Positions 1 to 9,649 of a DNA stretch of 52,192 nucleotides are shown here, piece by piece. The notes under the pieces are model-generated. The model saw only the letters and a program-made list of their open reading frames with translations. It had not been told where the DNA came from and did no database searches. The translations under genes and the position numbers were made by a program. The first letter of the stretch is position 1. Each line of letters opens with the position of its first letter. The DNA is taken from the sequence record SRR22947725_2243; one strand, given 5' to 3'.

Positions 1-61
1 AGGAGAAGTCTAAAGAATTTCTTTCTTCTGGTGCCGAGATATACTTACCTGAAAATAAAAA

Positions 62-265
62 GTGACTGTTTTTGTAAATGATGAGCCCAAGAAAATAGAT
101 TTTGGACTATCATTAAAATCTTTTCTTTTGCAAATAGATATGGTTGATCTTTCGGGGTGGGCGATTGCTTTAAATGAAGTCGTCGTGCCCGAAGGTGAAA
201 TCGGGGGCAAAAATTTATCGGATGGCGATCGTTTAATTCTTATACAAGCGACGCAAGGCGGATGA
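62..265 (+). CDS. thiS: Sulfur carrier protein ThiS
   Basis: 67 aa ubiquitin-like ORF ending in ATQGG (C-terminal GG), at the head of a thiamine cluster; GTG start. Confidence 0.93.
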   Translation: MTVFVNDEPKKIDFGLSLKSFLLQIDMVDLSGWAIALNEVVVPEGEIGGKNLSDGDRLILIQATQGG

Positions 266-918
266 GTGATTTGCCTAGCATCATTTTAATTTCTCCTTCT
301 TCTCAGAAGTCTGGGGAAATTGAGTTGTTATCTAGGTTTTTCGATGCGGGCTTAATGAGATATCATTTAAGAAAGCCCGATTGGACTGCTGACGAGTTAT
401 CCGAATTCCTTGATCAAGTTCCCGATCAACATTTACCAAAGATTGTGGTCCATCGTTGTCCCAGTTTGCTGAATGATTTTCCACTTGCTGGGTATCATCA
501 TAGATCTACTGAATCATTACTTGATGTTGAAGGAAGTCGCAGTCGTTCCCTTCACCAAATAAGTGAATTAAAAAACCTGGAAAGTTCCGTGGACTACGCT
601 TTTTTTGGCCCCGTGTATCATTCAATTTCGAAAAAAGGATACACTCCCAAAATATCTTTGAGCGAGATATTCGCTTTTTTTAATTCGGGTAAGTTAAATG
701 AGTTAGTAAAGGTGCCCAAAATATACGCACTGGGTGGAATCAGGAGAAAGAAAATAAAAAAACTTGCGGATATCGGATTTTATGGAGTTGCACTTCTTGG
801 TTCAGTGTGGGGCAGTCGCGACCCGCTTCATTCTTTAAACGAATTCCTCAAGATGGATATTGAATTCCTGTTGAATAACAGACTGCAAACTCAAGAAAAT
901 GCCTCGATTCAAACTTGA
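262..918 (+). CDS. Thiamine phosphate synthase-like (TMP-TENI family) protein, divergent paralog
   Basis: HLRKP, SRSLH, DYAFFGPVYHSISKKGY and YALGGI motifs of the TMP-TENI barrel; ATGA overlap with thiS. Confidence 0.8.
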   Translation: MSDLPSIILISPSSQKSGEIELLSRFFDAGLMRYHLRKPDWTADELSEFLDQVPDQHLPKIVVHRCPSLLNDFPLAGYHHRSTESLLDVEGSRSRSLHQISELKNLESSVDYAFFGPVYHSISKKGYTPKISLSEIFAFFNSGKLNELVKVPKIYALGGIRRKKIKKLADIGFYGVALLGSVWGSRDPLHSLNEFLKMDIEFLLNNRLQTQENASIQT

Positions 919-933
919 GCTAGTTTTTTCCTG

Positions 934-1575
934 ATGAATCAATTCGGGCCATTAATTTGTATAACAACTGATTCGAGTGCATTAGCCCATCATGAGCAAG
1001 TTGACATTTTGATTAGTAGGGGAGCAAGATTTATTCAGATAAGAACGAAGTTATTGGATCAACGCGAAACACTTTTACAGGTTGAAAAAGCTTATCATTA
1101 TGCCGAACAAAGCGGCGTTGTTTTAATCATAAATGATTTTGTCGAGATCGCTCGTATTTCAGCTATCTCTGGAGTCCACTTGGGTTCTGGTGATTGCTCG
1201 GCATTAGATGCCAGGAAATTACTCGGAGAAGATGCAATTATTGGCTCCACTGTACATAATCTTAATGATGCAATCCAAGTCAGTGAAGAAGGAGTCAGTA
1301 ATTATGTTGGCTTGGGTCCTTATCGAAAATCAAAAACAAAACATGATTTGGACCCCATTTTATCGGAAAAAATTATTTTAGAAATAATGAAAGTTCTATC
1401 AGGTATACCCGTTTTTATGATTGGTGGTATTGAATTAAGAGACTGTGACTTAGTTTCTCACTTTGACTTAGCAGGAATTGCGTTATGTTCCGCATTATCA
1501 GGAGAGGGAGAGTATGCATCTTTTGTTCCTGACTTTATTAGTCAATTAAACTCAGTAGAACGAGAAGTAGCATGA
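934..1575 (+). CDS. thiE: Thiamine phosphate synthase
   Basis: IQIRTK, IIND, GVHLG, IIGST, YVGLGP, IGGI motifs. Confidence 0.88.
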   Translation: MNQFGPLICITTDSSALAHHEQVDILISRGARFIQIRTKLLDQRETLLQVEKAYHYAEQSGVVLIINDFVEIARISAISGVHLGSGDCSALDARKLLGEDAIIGSTVHNLNDAIQVSEEGVSNYVGLGPYRKSKTKHDLDPILSEKIILEIMKVLSGIPVFMIGGIELRDCDLVSHFDLAGIALCSALSGEGEYASFVPDFISQLNSVEREVA

Positions 1576-2351
1576 GTGAAAAAAATGATAGCTTACCATT
1601 AGGTAATTTCGAGTTCGAATCTCGCTTGTTCGTGGGAACGGGGAAATTTGAATCGGGTGAATTGCTCGGCCAATCACTCTCTGCAAGTGGTTCACAGATG
1701 GTTACCGTTGCGATGAAAAGGGCTAACCCAAAAGCGAAAGAAGATTCGATTCTTGATTTTATCGATTCAAAATTCACCAAGATTTTACCAAATACTTCTG
1801 GTGTTCGAGATGCAAAAGAAGCTATCTTTGTTGCCCAGATGGCGAGAGAGGCACTTCAGACAAACTGGTTGAAGTTAGAAATTCATCCGGATCCAAAATA
1901 TTTAATGCCTGATCCTATCGCCACTCTTGAGGCGACCAAAGAGTTGGCAAGTGAAGGTTTTATTGTCCTACCATATTGTCATGCGGATCCAGTTTTGTGT
2001 AAAAAACTCGAAGATGCAGGTGCTGCTGCCGTTATGCCGCTTGGTTCACCTATTGGAAGTAATCAGGGCCTTGAGACTCGAGAGTTTCTACGAATCATAA
2101 TCGAACAGTCATCCGTTCCCGTCGTGGTAGATGCGGGAATTGGTGCTCCCTCGCAAGCCGCCGAAGCAATGGAAATGGGAGCAAGTGCCGTTCTTGTAAA
2201 CACTGCCATAGCAGTGGCTCGTGATCCAGTTGCAATGGCTACTGCATTCAGTAAATCAGTTCAAGCAGGTAGGATGGCACATTTAGCCGGTATGGGTAAG
2301 GTGAGGAATAAAGCGATCGCCACTTCTCCATTAACTAGTTTTCTTTCCTGA
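1572..2351 (+). CDS. thiG: Thiazole synthase
   Basis: [44 protein letters not shown] motifs. Confidence 0.97.
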   Translation: MSEKNDSLPLGNFEFESRLFVGTGKFESGELLGQSLSASGSQMVTVAMKRANPKAKEDSILDFIDSKFTKILPNTSGVRDAKEAIFVAQMAREALQTNWLKLEIHPDPKYLMPDPIATLEATKELASEGFIVLPYCHADPVLCKKLEDAGAAAVMPLGSPIGSNQGLETREFLRIIIEQSSVPVVVDAGIGAPSQAAEAMEMGASAVLVNTAIAVARDPVAMATAFSKSVQAGRMAHLAGMGKVRNKAIATSPLTSFLS

Positions 2352-2359
2352 TTATTGGT

Positions 2360-3553
2360 ATGGATTCTTTTTCTGATCAATTTGAAAAAATGAATTGGGC
2401 TGAAGTTTCAGCAAAAATTAATTCTACTAATAGTAAAAATATCGAAAGGGCTCTTGAGGGAGGGGGAGAAGGAGGAATGGATGATCTTGCTGCATTGCTT
2501 TCTCCATTAGCAAATAAGGAATACCTCGAGGATATGGCCCAGCTAGCCAATCGGTTGACGATGCAGAGGTTTGGAAAAGCGATTCGCTTGTTTGCTCCTA
2601 TTTATCTATCAAACGAATGTAATAATGTTTGTGATTATTGCGGTTTTAGTATGGGGAATGATATCGCCCGTAAAACACTGTCTCCCGCTGAGATTCTTCG
2701 TGAGATAGGAATATTAAGAAAGCTCCAATTTGACCATGTTTTATTGGTTACAGGAGAATCCTCACAAAAGGTGGGTGTGGATTATCTGTATGATTCAATT
2801 AGCGTCCTGAATGAGTACTTTTCAAATGTTTCAATGGAGGTTCAGCCTCTCAAGAGTGATGAATATAGTTATTTGATTAGTGCTGGTTTGCACGCGGTTT
2901 TAGTTTATCAGGAAACCTATGAAAAAAAGAGTTATTCCAGGCACCACATAAAGGGAAAGAAGAGAAATTTTGATTGGAGGTTAAACACACCGGATCGTCT
3001 TGGTCGGACTGGAATTAATAAGATTGGGTTGGGTTGTCTATATGGACTGACCGACGACTGGAGAACAGATTCTTTTTTTGCCGGAATGCATTTAGACTAT
3101 TTAGAAAAAAAATATTGGCAGACTTCATTTTCAATGTCATTTCCCCGTATCCGCCCCTTTGAAGGGGAACTTCAACCCGCAGTCGATTTAAAAGATCGAG
3201 ACTTAGTTCAATTACTGTGTGCTTTTAGAATATTTAACCACGAACTTGAATTAAGTTTATCCACACGGGAGAGTCCCGCCTTGAGGGAAAACTTATTGCC
3301 TTTGGGGGTCACTACAATGAGTGCAGGTTCTAAAACGAATCCTGGTGGTTATGCAGGGAATGTTGAGTCGCTCGAACAATTTTCAATCTCAGACGAAAGA
3401 ACTCCCCCAGAAATCGCTACAATGTTACGTTCTCGTGGATATGAACCAGTTTGGAAAGATTGGGATTCTTCCTATCAGTGTCAGGGTGAAGTACATTCAG
3501 CAAAAAAGCTTTCATTTGAACAGTCTACAGAAAATGCAATACTCGCTTCTTAA
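2360..3553 (+). CDS. thiH: 2-iminoacetate synthase (radical SAM tyrosine lyase)
   Basis: CNNVCDYCGF radical SAM motif, YQETY, SFPRIRP, SLSTRE, SAGSKTNPGGY, PVWKDWD. Confidence 0.96.
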   Translation: MDSFSDQFEKMNWAEVSAKINSTNSKNIERALEGGGEGGMDDLAALLSPLANKEYLEDMAQLANRLTMQRFGKAIRLFAPIYLSNECNNVCDYCGFSMGNDIARKTLSPAEILREIGILRKLQFDHVLLVTGESSQKVGVDYLYDSISVLNEYFSNVSMEVQPLKSDEYSYLISAGLHAVLVYQETYEKKSYSRHHIKGKKRNFDWRLNTPDRLGRTGINKIGLGCLYGLTDDWRTDSFFAGMHLDYLEKKYWQTSFSMSFPRIRPFEGELQPAVDLKDRDLVQLLCAFRIFNHELELSLSTRESPALRENLLPLGVTTMSAGSKTNPGGYAGNVESLEQFSISDERTPPEIATMLRSRGYEPVWKDWDSSYQCQGEVHSAKKLSFEQSTENAILAS

Positions 3554-3576
3554 GTATATTTGAAAATATCGATTTA

Positions 3577-4713
3577 GTGGACAACATGGAATTTTCAACG
3601 GATGAGAAAAGGCAATATCAGAGACATTTTTCTTTGCCTGGTTTTGGCAGTAAAGGGCAAGATCTTCTGAAGAGGGCATCGGTTTTAGTGATTGGTGCTG
3701 GCGGCCTTGGGTGTCCCGTTTTGCAATATTTAACTGCTGCAGGAGTTGGAGAGATCGGAATTGTGGATGAAGACATCGTTGAATTTTCAAATTTACAAAG
3801 ACAGGTCTTATATTCTCACGAAGATATTGGGAAATTAAAAGTCGAAGTAGCATCTACTAAACTCAAACAGTTAAATCCATATATTAAGATAAGTAGCTTT
3901 GCGGTTCGATTTAATGCCTCAAATGCGAAGACCTTGATCGATAACTTTGATATCGTTATCGATGGGACAGATAACTTTGATTCACGCTATTTGATCAATG
4001 ACGCCTGTGTACTTTTTGATAAGGTTTTAATTTATGGAGCGATCAATCAGTTTAATGGTCAGGTAAGTGTTTTTAATTTACAAAATGGACCGACTTATCG
4101 TTGTCTATTTCCCCATCCACCTAGTGGGAATGCACTTCCTAGTTGTTCTGAGATTGGTGTTCTTGGTGTTCTACCCGGTATAATTGGTAATTTTCAAGCG
4201 TTGGAAGCAATCAAGGTGATCACTGGGGTAGGGGAGGTTTTAAACGGCAAAGTTTTGCTTTATGATGCGTTGAACCAAAAGAGTCAGATTGTTACAGTAA
4301 ATCCAATTCAAAAAAGTCGTGAAATATACCAATTATCAGACCAGGTTACCCCGTGTCCGACCCACTCCAAAATTAAAACTGATCCAATGATTACTGAGAT
4401 TGAACCTAAAGTATTTTCCGAGATGATTGAGAAACAAGAAGATTTATTTGTTTTAGATGTGCGAGAAGATTGGGAACGCGAAGTGGCGATGATAGCTCCC
4501 TCTATTCATATTCCATTAGGAGAATTCTCCTCTTCTTCTGGTCCTGAATTACCAAGTGAAATTTCTCGTGACAACAATATTGTAATTTATTGCAAGGCGG
4601 GAGTTCGGAGTCGAATGGCTTGTGAGGTACTGCAAGAAAAAGGTTATAAAAAGCTACATAATTTATCCGGTGGAATTTTAAAGTGGGAAGCCGATGGATT
4701 TCCATTTGCTTAA
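3577..4713 (+). CDS. thiF: ThiF/MoeB adenylyltransferase with C-terminal rhodanese domain (MoeZ-like)
   Basis: GAGGLG, SNLQRQ, DGTDNF, rhodanese DVRE..E and YCKAGVRS; start may be ATG 3586. Confidence 0.88.
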   Translation: MDNMEFSTDEKRQYQRHFSLPGFGSKGQDLLKRASVLVIGAGGLGCPVLQYLTAAGVGEIGIVDEDIVEFSNLQRQVLYSHEDIGKLKVEVASTKLKQLNPYIKISSFAVRFNASNAKTLIDNFDIVIDGTDNFDSRYLINDACVLFDKVLIYGAINQFNGQVSVFNLQNGPTYRCLFPHPPSGNALPSCSEIGVLGVLPGIIGNFQALEAIKVITGVGEVLNGKVLLYDALNQKSQIVTVNPIQKSREIYQLSDQVTPCPTHSKIKTDPMITEIEPKVFSEMIEKQEDLFVLDVREDWEREVAMIAPSIHIPLGEFSSSSGPELPSEISRDNNIVIYCKAGVRSRMACEVLQEKGYKKLHNLSGGILKWEADGFPFA

Positions 4714-5453
4714 TGCCTAACTTATTAGTCATAGGTGGAACTGATAGCTCTGGAGGGGCAGGGGTATCGGCAGATATTGAAACCATAACATATTTAGGAG
4801 GTAGGTGCCTGCCGATCATCACCGCGGTGACTGCACAGGGAAATAATGGACTGTTTCATTCTCATGCAATTCCACCTTCAATATTAGCGAATCAATTAGA
4901 CTCAATTGACGAACAAAAAATAGATGCAGTTAAGATTGGTATGATCCCCAATCATGAATCGATAGAGGTTGTTGCCAGTTATTTAAAAAAAATAGAATCC
5001 ACATCTATTATACTGGATCCTGTTATTAAAAGTTCTTCCGGTTATTCATTAATTTCTGATTCCGCTGCAAAGAGTTTACGAGATTTATTATTTCCGAATG
5101 TTTCCTTGGTCACTCCGAATTTATTTGAAGCTAAATTTTTTACTGAAGAAAATTATACTAATCATGATCAATATGCTACACTGGCAGATCAATTGATAAA
5201 GTCGGGAGCGAATGCAGTTCTTCTAAAGGGAGGGCACCTTGATGGTCCCCGATGTGAAGACATTTTCCTGTCTTCCAATGGAGAGAGGAGTACTATGGTG
5301 CATGATAGAATACCGACTGGCACAGAGGTCAGGGGGACCGGTTGCCGCTTAGCCAGTTCCATCTGTTACTACTTAGCGATTAAGGAGCCTATGTCCAAGG
5401 CAATCAGCCTTGGAGTTAATTACCTTCAGGGCTATATTTCCAAAAATATATAA
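4713..5453 (+). CDS. thiD: Hydroxymethylpyrimidine/phosphomethylpyrimidine kinase
   Basis: GGTDSSGGAGVSAD, KIGM, DPV, TPNLFEA, KGGH, RGTGC; start placed at ATG 4713 (TAATG overlap with the thiF stop). Confidence 0.92.
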   Translation: MPNLLVIGGTDSSGGAGVSADIETITYLGGRCLPIITAVTAQGNNGLFHSHAIPPSILANQLDSIDEQKIDAVKIGMIPNHESIEVVASYLKKIESTSIILDPVIKSSSGYSLISDSAAKSLRDLLFPNVSLVTPNLFEAKFFTEENYTNHDQYATLADQLIKSGANAVLLKGGHLDGPRCEDIFLSSNGERSTMVHDRIPTGTEVRGTGCRLASSICYYLAIKEPMSKAISLGVNYLQGYISKNI

Positions 5454-5463
5454 TTGGATTTAA

Positions 5464-6099
5464 TTATCGCCCCAATGCTTTTCGAATGAGTTCCTCTGTT
5501 GATGCATTTTTACCAATATCATCGGACGCCTTTCGAATAGCTTGATCTGCGTCCGTCGCTTTATAACCTAGAGTCAGTAGTGCGGATACCGCATCGTGAT
5601 AAGAGCCAAACCCTACCCCCTCAACCGTTTCAGTTGAGATGCTTTCACTACTGCCACCAGTTGTTGGTACAGGGGCTTGTGTTATGACTCCTTTAGGCAA
5701 CACTTTGTCTTTTAATTCAACAACGATTCGTTCCGCAGTTTTTTTCCCGAGGCCTTGGGCTTTTGAAAGCATGCCAATATCTCCACTTGCAATTGAAGTT
5801 TTTAACATTGGTAAGGAAAGTGATCCCAGTAAATTTAAGGCGATTCTTGGCCCGATTCCGGAAACTTTATCTACGATCATTCGGAAAAAATCCCGGGATT
5901 CGCGGTCCATGAAACCATAGAGTGTTTGTGAGTCTTCCCGGTAAGTTGCCTGAGTATACAGTTTGATTTCCTTACCCAGGGGGGGAAGTTTTTCCGATGT
6001 GGTAAGAGGGATATTAACTTGGTATCCAATTCCTCCAACTTGAATAACGGCCATATTTAACTGGCACTCAATTAATTCTCCTTTAATAAATGCGATCAT
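5464..6099 (-). CDS. ruvA: Holliday junction branch migration protein RuvA
   Basis: MIAFIKG, GIGY, LYGF, VSGIGPRIA, GLGKKTAERIVVELKDK, ALLTLGY. Confidence 0.96.
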   Translation of the reverse strand: MIAFIKGELIECQLNMAVIQVGGIGYQVNIPLTTSEKLPPLGKEIKLYTQATYREDSQTLYGFMDRESRDFFRMIVDKVSGIGPRIALNLLGSLSLPMLKTSIASGDIGMLSKAQGLGKKTAERIVVELKDKVLPKGVITQAPVPTTGGSSESISTETVEGVGFGSYHDAVSALLTLGYKATDADQAIRKASDDIGKNASTEELIRKALGR

Positions 6100-6111
6100 A
6101 GGGGGTAATTT

Positions 6112-6852
6112 TTAAGCAGTAAGTCCAAGGACATCCTGCATGGAATAAAGATTTGCGGGTTGATTCACAACCCATTTTGCAGCTTTTAATGCACCTGCGG
6201 CAAAAATGACTCGGTCTGTTGCTCGATGGGTAAGCTCAATTCGCTCGCCCATACCTGCAAACATTACCGTATGCTCGCCCACGATGTCTCCTCCCCGTAA
6301 TGCATGAGACCCAATTTCATTCACCTTTCGCTCACCTGGCATACCTTCTCGTCCATGAGATACATCCTTATCGCTTGCATTCCTTGATTCTTTAAGAATT
6401 TCTAAAAGTCGATCTGCAGTACCACTCGGTGCGTCTTTTTTTAGACGATGGTGCATTTCAATCACTTCAGGATCGAATCCTGAGTTTAAATCTAATACTT
6501 TTGCCGCTTGTTGAGTTAAGAAAAATAGAAGGTTTACCCCCGTGGAAAAGTTCCCAGCCCAGACCATTGGGATAAAATGAGATAACTGTTCAATTGCATG
6601 ACGATCCTCTTTACTATGACCAGTTGTCCCAATAACCATGGGTTTGTTATGCTCTTTTGCTAACTGTGCGAGTGAGAGCGTTGCATCGCGAAGGGAGAAA
6701 TCAATCACAACATCACAATGCTCAATTCCATCTTCTGGTTTATCTCCTAAATCAATGGGATAGCTAACCGTACAACCATGATCAGAAGAAATTGACTGAA
6801 TCGCACTCCCCATTCGCCCCTTTGCTCCACTTAATAATATTTTTAAACTCAT
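6112..6852 (-). CDS. dapB: 4-hydroxy-tetrahydrodipicolinate reductase
   Basis: GAKGRMG, IDFS, IGTTG, EMHHRLKKDAPSGTA, RGGDIVGEH. Confidence 0.97.
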   Translation of the reverse strand: MSLKILLSGAKGRMGSAIQSISSDHGCTVSYPIDLGDKPEDGIEHCDVVIDFSLRDATLSLAQLAKEHNKPMVIGTTGHSKEDRHAIEQLSHFIPMVWAGNFSTGVNLLFFLTQQAAKVLDLNSGFDPEVIEMHHRLKKDAPSGTADRLLEILKESRNASDKDVSHGREGMPGERKVNEIGSHALRGGDIVGEHTVMFAGMGERIELTHRATDRVIFAAGALKAAKWVVNQPANLYSMQDVLGLTA

Positions 6853-6857
6853 TGTAA

Positions 6858-7751
6858 TTAGATTTTCAATTCTAGATTGTGAGCAATTTCTTTTAATAAT
6901 TCAAAATTACTGGCAGTGGGAGGCGTGAGTGGTAACCTAGCTTCTGCGGATTGGATAATACCTTTTAATTGTAGAAGAGTTTTAATGGGGACTGGATTGG
7001 GTTCCATAAAAATATCGCAAAAGAATGAATAGTTTTTTGCATGAATTTCCCGAGCTTGTTTATAATTATCTTTGATTGCAAGTTCTACTAATTGAGATAC
7101 CTCATTGGGAATAATATTAGAGGCCACACTAATTACTCCTTTTGCACCGCATGCCATAAACGGAAGAGTAAGCCCATCATCCCCAGAAAGGACGACGAAA
7201 TTGGAATCGAGTGATCCCACGCTTTCAGAAACTTTCGAGGAGCGCCCACCCGCTTCCTTCAATGCACAGACATTCGGGTATTTTTCATATAATCTGGCAA
7301 TAGTATTAGTTGAAATTTCGATCCCGCAACGAGAAGGGATGGAGTAGAGTATAATTGGCTTTTCAGTAGATTCTGCCAATGCACTGAAATGAGCAATTAA
7401 TCCTTCCTGGCTTGGTTTATTATAATATGGGGCAACTAATAAAAATGCATCTGCACCAGCTTGGTCTGCTTTTTGCGTTAATTCGAGTGCTTCTTGTGTC
7501 GAATTTGCTCCCGTTCCCGCAATTACCGGAATTTTTCCATCCACAATTTCTACAGTATTTTTTATTACCTGTAGGTGTTCTTCCTCGGATAGAGTAGGGG
7601 ATTCTCCCGTCGTACCGCAGGGCACGAGCCCTGATATCCCTGAAGATAACTGTGCGTTTACTAGGCGTTCGAGGTCAGTATAAGATACCGAGCCATCTTT
7701 CATTGGTGTGATTAAAGCAGTGTGTGCTCCGTGAAGTAGTTTCTTGTCCAT
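6858..7751 (-). CDS. dapA: 4-hydroxy-tetrahydrodipicolinate synthase
   Basis: TALITP, GTTGES, PYYNKP, LYSIPSR, KEA, SGDD, NPVPIK; start placed at ATG 7751 (MDKKLLHG). Confidence 0.96.
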   Translation of the reverse strand: MDKKLLHGAHTALITPMKDGSVSYTDLERLVNAQLSSGISGLVPCGTTGESPTLSEEEHLQVIKNTVEIVDGKIPVIAGTGANSTQEALELTQKADQAGADAFLLVAPYYNKPSQEGLIAHFSALAESTEKPIILYSIPSRCGIEISTNTIARLYEKYPNVCALKEAGGRSSKVSESVGSLDSNFVVLSGDDGLTLPFMACGAKGVISVASNIIPNEVSQLVELAIKDNYKQAREIHAKNYSFFCDIFMEPNPVPIKTLLQLKGIIQSAEARLPLTPPTASNFELLKEIAHNLELKI

Positions 7752-7836
7752 TTGAAATAAATATGTGAGAAAGGATGATTCCCGTCTTTTACACATGTTC
7801 TTTCTCCACAGGATTTTTTCTGTGGTCAACTTTTTA

Positions 7837-9639
7837 ATGGTGGAAACTCAAAGGATTCGTAATTTTTGTATTATAGCGCACGTCGATCATGGCAAGACAA
7901 CCTTGTCTGATAGGCTACTTGAGAGTACCCAAACGGTAATGGCTCGAGAAATGAAAGATCAGCTGTTGGATTCAATGGATTTGGAGCGAGAACGTGGTAT
8001 TACCATCAAGTGTCATCCCGTTTCTATGAATTATCAGTATAAAGACGGAGAGGAATATCTTTTTAATCTTATCGATACTCCTGGGCATGTTGATTTTTCT
8101 TATGAAGTATCTCGTAGCTTGGCTGCTTGTGAGGGGGCTTTGTTATTAGTCGATGCCTCACAGGGAGTGGAGGCACAAACATTGGCAAATGCTCAACTTG
8201 CAGAGGCACAGGGGCTTACCATTATTCCAGTAATTAATAAAGTTGATTTGCCCAGTGCAGATGTAGATCGAGTATCCAAACAAATTGAAGATATTTTGGC
8301 TATTCCCGCAGAAGAAGCAATCTTAGCAAGCGGAAAGTCAGGAATAGGGGTAGAGGAAATCCTGGAAGCTGTGGTGGAACGTTTGCCTGCACCAAGGTGG
8401 ACGGACTATCAACAGCCTCGTGCTCTTGTTTTTGATAATCAATTTGATTCTTTTAAGGGGGTAATTTGTTACATACGAGTCTTCTCTGGTTGTTTTAACA
8501 AAAATGCAAATTTGTTATTAATGAGCGAGGATAGGAAAACTCCAATTAAAGAAGTGGGCAAATTTTGTCCTCAGCCTGTCCCCATGAAAAGTTTAAATGT
8601 GGGAGAGGTGGGCTATATTGTAACCGGCATTCGAGATGTCACCGAAATCAAAATTGGTGATACTCTTACTCTTGCGGATACTCCAGCCAAGGAAATGTTA
8701 CCAGGATATAAAGAAGTTCGCCCTATGGTTTTTAGCGGTCTTTACCCTTTAGATACCTCAGACTATGAAAAGCTAAAAAAAAGCGTGGGCAAGCTTCGGT
8801 TAAATGATGCGGCATTTACCTTTCAATCCGAGACTTCAGTTGCTCTCGGGTTTGGATTTCGATGTGGTTTCTTGGGGCTTCTCCATATGGAGATTATTCA
8901 GGAACGCCTGCGCCGAGAATATGATATTGATTTAATATCAACATATCCAAGTGTTGTGTATCGGGTGCATTTAACAGTAGGAGGGGTGATCGAGGTCGAT
9001 AATCCATTAGATCTCCCTGATATTACAGAGATTCTTAAAATCGAAGAACCCACAATTCTTGCTCGAATTCACGCACCGAATCATTGTATTGGTGACTTGC
9101 TCACTCTTGTGACAGAAAAAAGAGGATCTTGTAGTGATACTGAAACAATCGATGAGACTCGAGTAATGATGACTTGTAACCTCCCTTTAAATGAAATTTT
9201 GGTTGATTTTAATGATCGGTTAAAAAGTGTTACCCATGGCTATGGTTCTATGGACTATGATATGGCGGATTATGTTGAATCCTCTCTTGTACGAATGGAA
9301 ATTCTTGTAAACGCCGAACCAGTAGATGCTTTTTCAACTATTGTACACAAGGATAAGGCCGAGAACCGGGGTAGGGTGCTATGTTCTAAATTAAAGGATA
9401 TCCTGCCTCGACAATTATTTAAGATCGCCCTGCAAGCATCGGTGGGAGGGAAATTTATTGCCCGTGAGACTATCAGTGCAATGCGTAAAGATGTTACGGC
9501 CAAATGTTACGGTGGGGATATCTCTCGTAAAAGAAAATTGTTAGAAAAACAAAAAGAAGGAAAGAAGCGAATGAAACAGATTGGTAATGTGAACATTCCT
9601 CAGGAAGCATTCGTGCAAATTTTGAAAAGCTCAACCTGA
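7837..9639 (+). CDS. lepA: Translation elongation factor 4 (LepA)
   Basis: IRNFCIIAHVDHGKTTL, ERERGITIK, DTPGHVDF, NKVD, KCYGGDISRKRKLLEKQK; start placed at ATG 7837. Confidence 0.98.
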   Translation: MVETQRIRNFCIIAHVDHGKTTLSDRLLESTQTVMAREMKDQLLDSMDLERERGITIKCHPVSMNYQYKDGEEYLFNLIDTPGHVDFSYEVSRSLAACEGALLLVDASQGVEAQTLANAQLAEAQGLTIIPVINKVDLPSADVDRVSKQIEDILAIPAEEAILASGKSGIGVEEILEAVVERLPAPRWTDYQQPRALVFDNQFDSFKGVICYIRVFSGCFNKNANLLLMSEDRKTPIKEVGKFCPQPVPMKSLNVGEVGYIVTGIRDVTEIKIGDTLTLADTPAKEMLPGYKEVRPMVFSGLYPLDTSDYEKLKKSVGKLRLNDAAFTFQSETSVALGFGFRCGFLGLLHMEIIQERLRREYDIDLISTYPSVVYRVHLTVGGVIEVDNPLDLPDITEILKIEEPTILARIHAPNHCIGDLLTLVTEKRGSCSDTETIDETRVMMTCNLPLNEILVDFNDRLKSVTHGYGSMDYDMADYVESSLVRMEILVNAEPVDAFSTIVHKDKAENRGRVLCSKLKDILPRQLFKIALQASVGGKFIARETISAMRKDVTAKCYGGDISRKRKLLEKQKEGKKRMKQIGNVNIPQEAFVQILKSST

Positions 9640-9649
9640 TCAATTATTT

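Noticed and set aside
1-61. Possible TPP riboswitch ahead of thiS
   Set aside because: No core TPP aptamer motifs are recognisable in the 61 nt available; it would lie mostly upstream of the window
7806-7825. Hairpin CCACAG-N8-CTGTGG before lepA
   Set aside because: Only a short stem with no supporting evidence of function
7752-7836. Apparent head-to-head overlap of the dapA (7829) and lepA (7765) ORFs
   Set aside because: Artefact of longest-ORF starts; homology begins at ATG 7751 and ATG 7837, leaving an 85 bp divergent intergenic region
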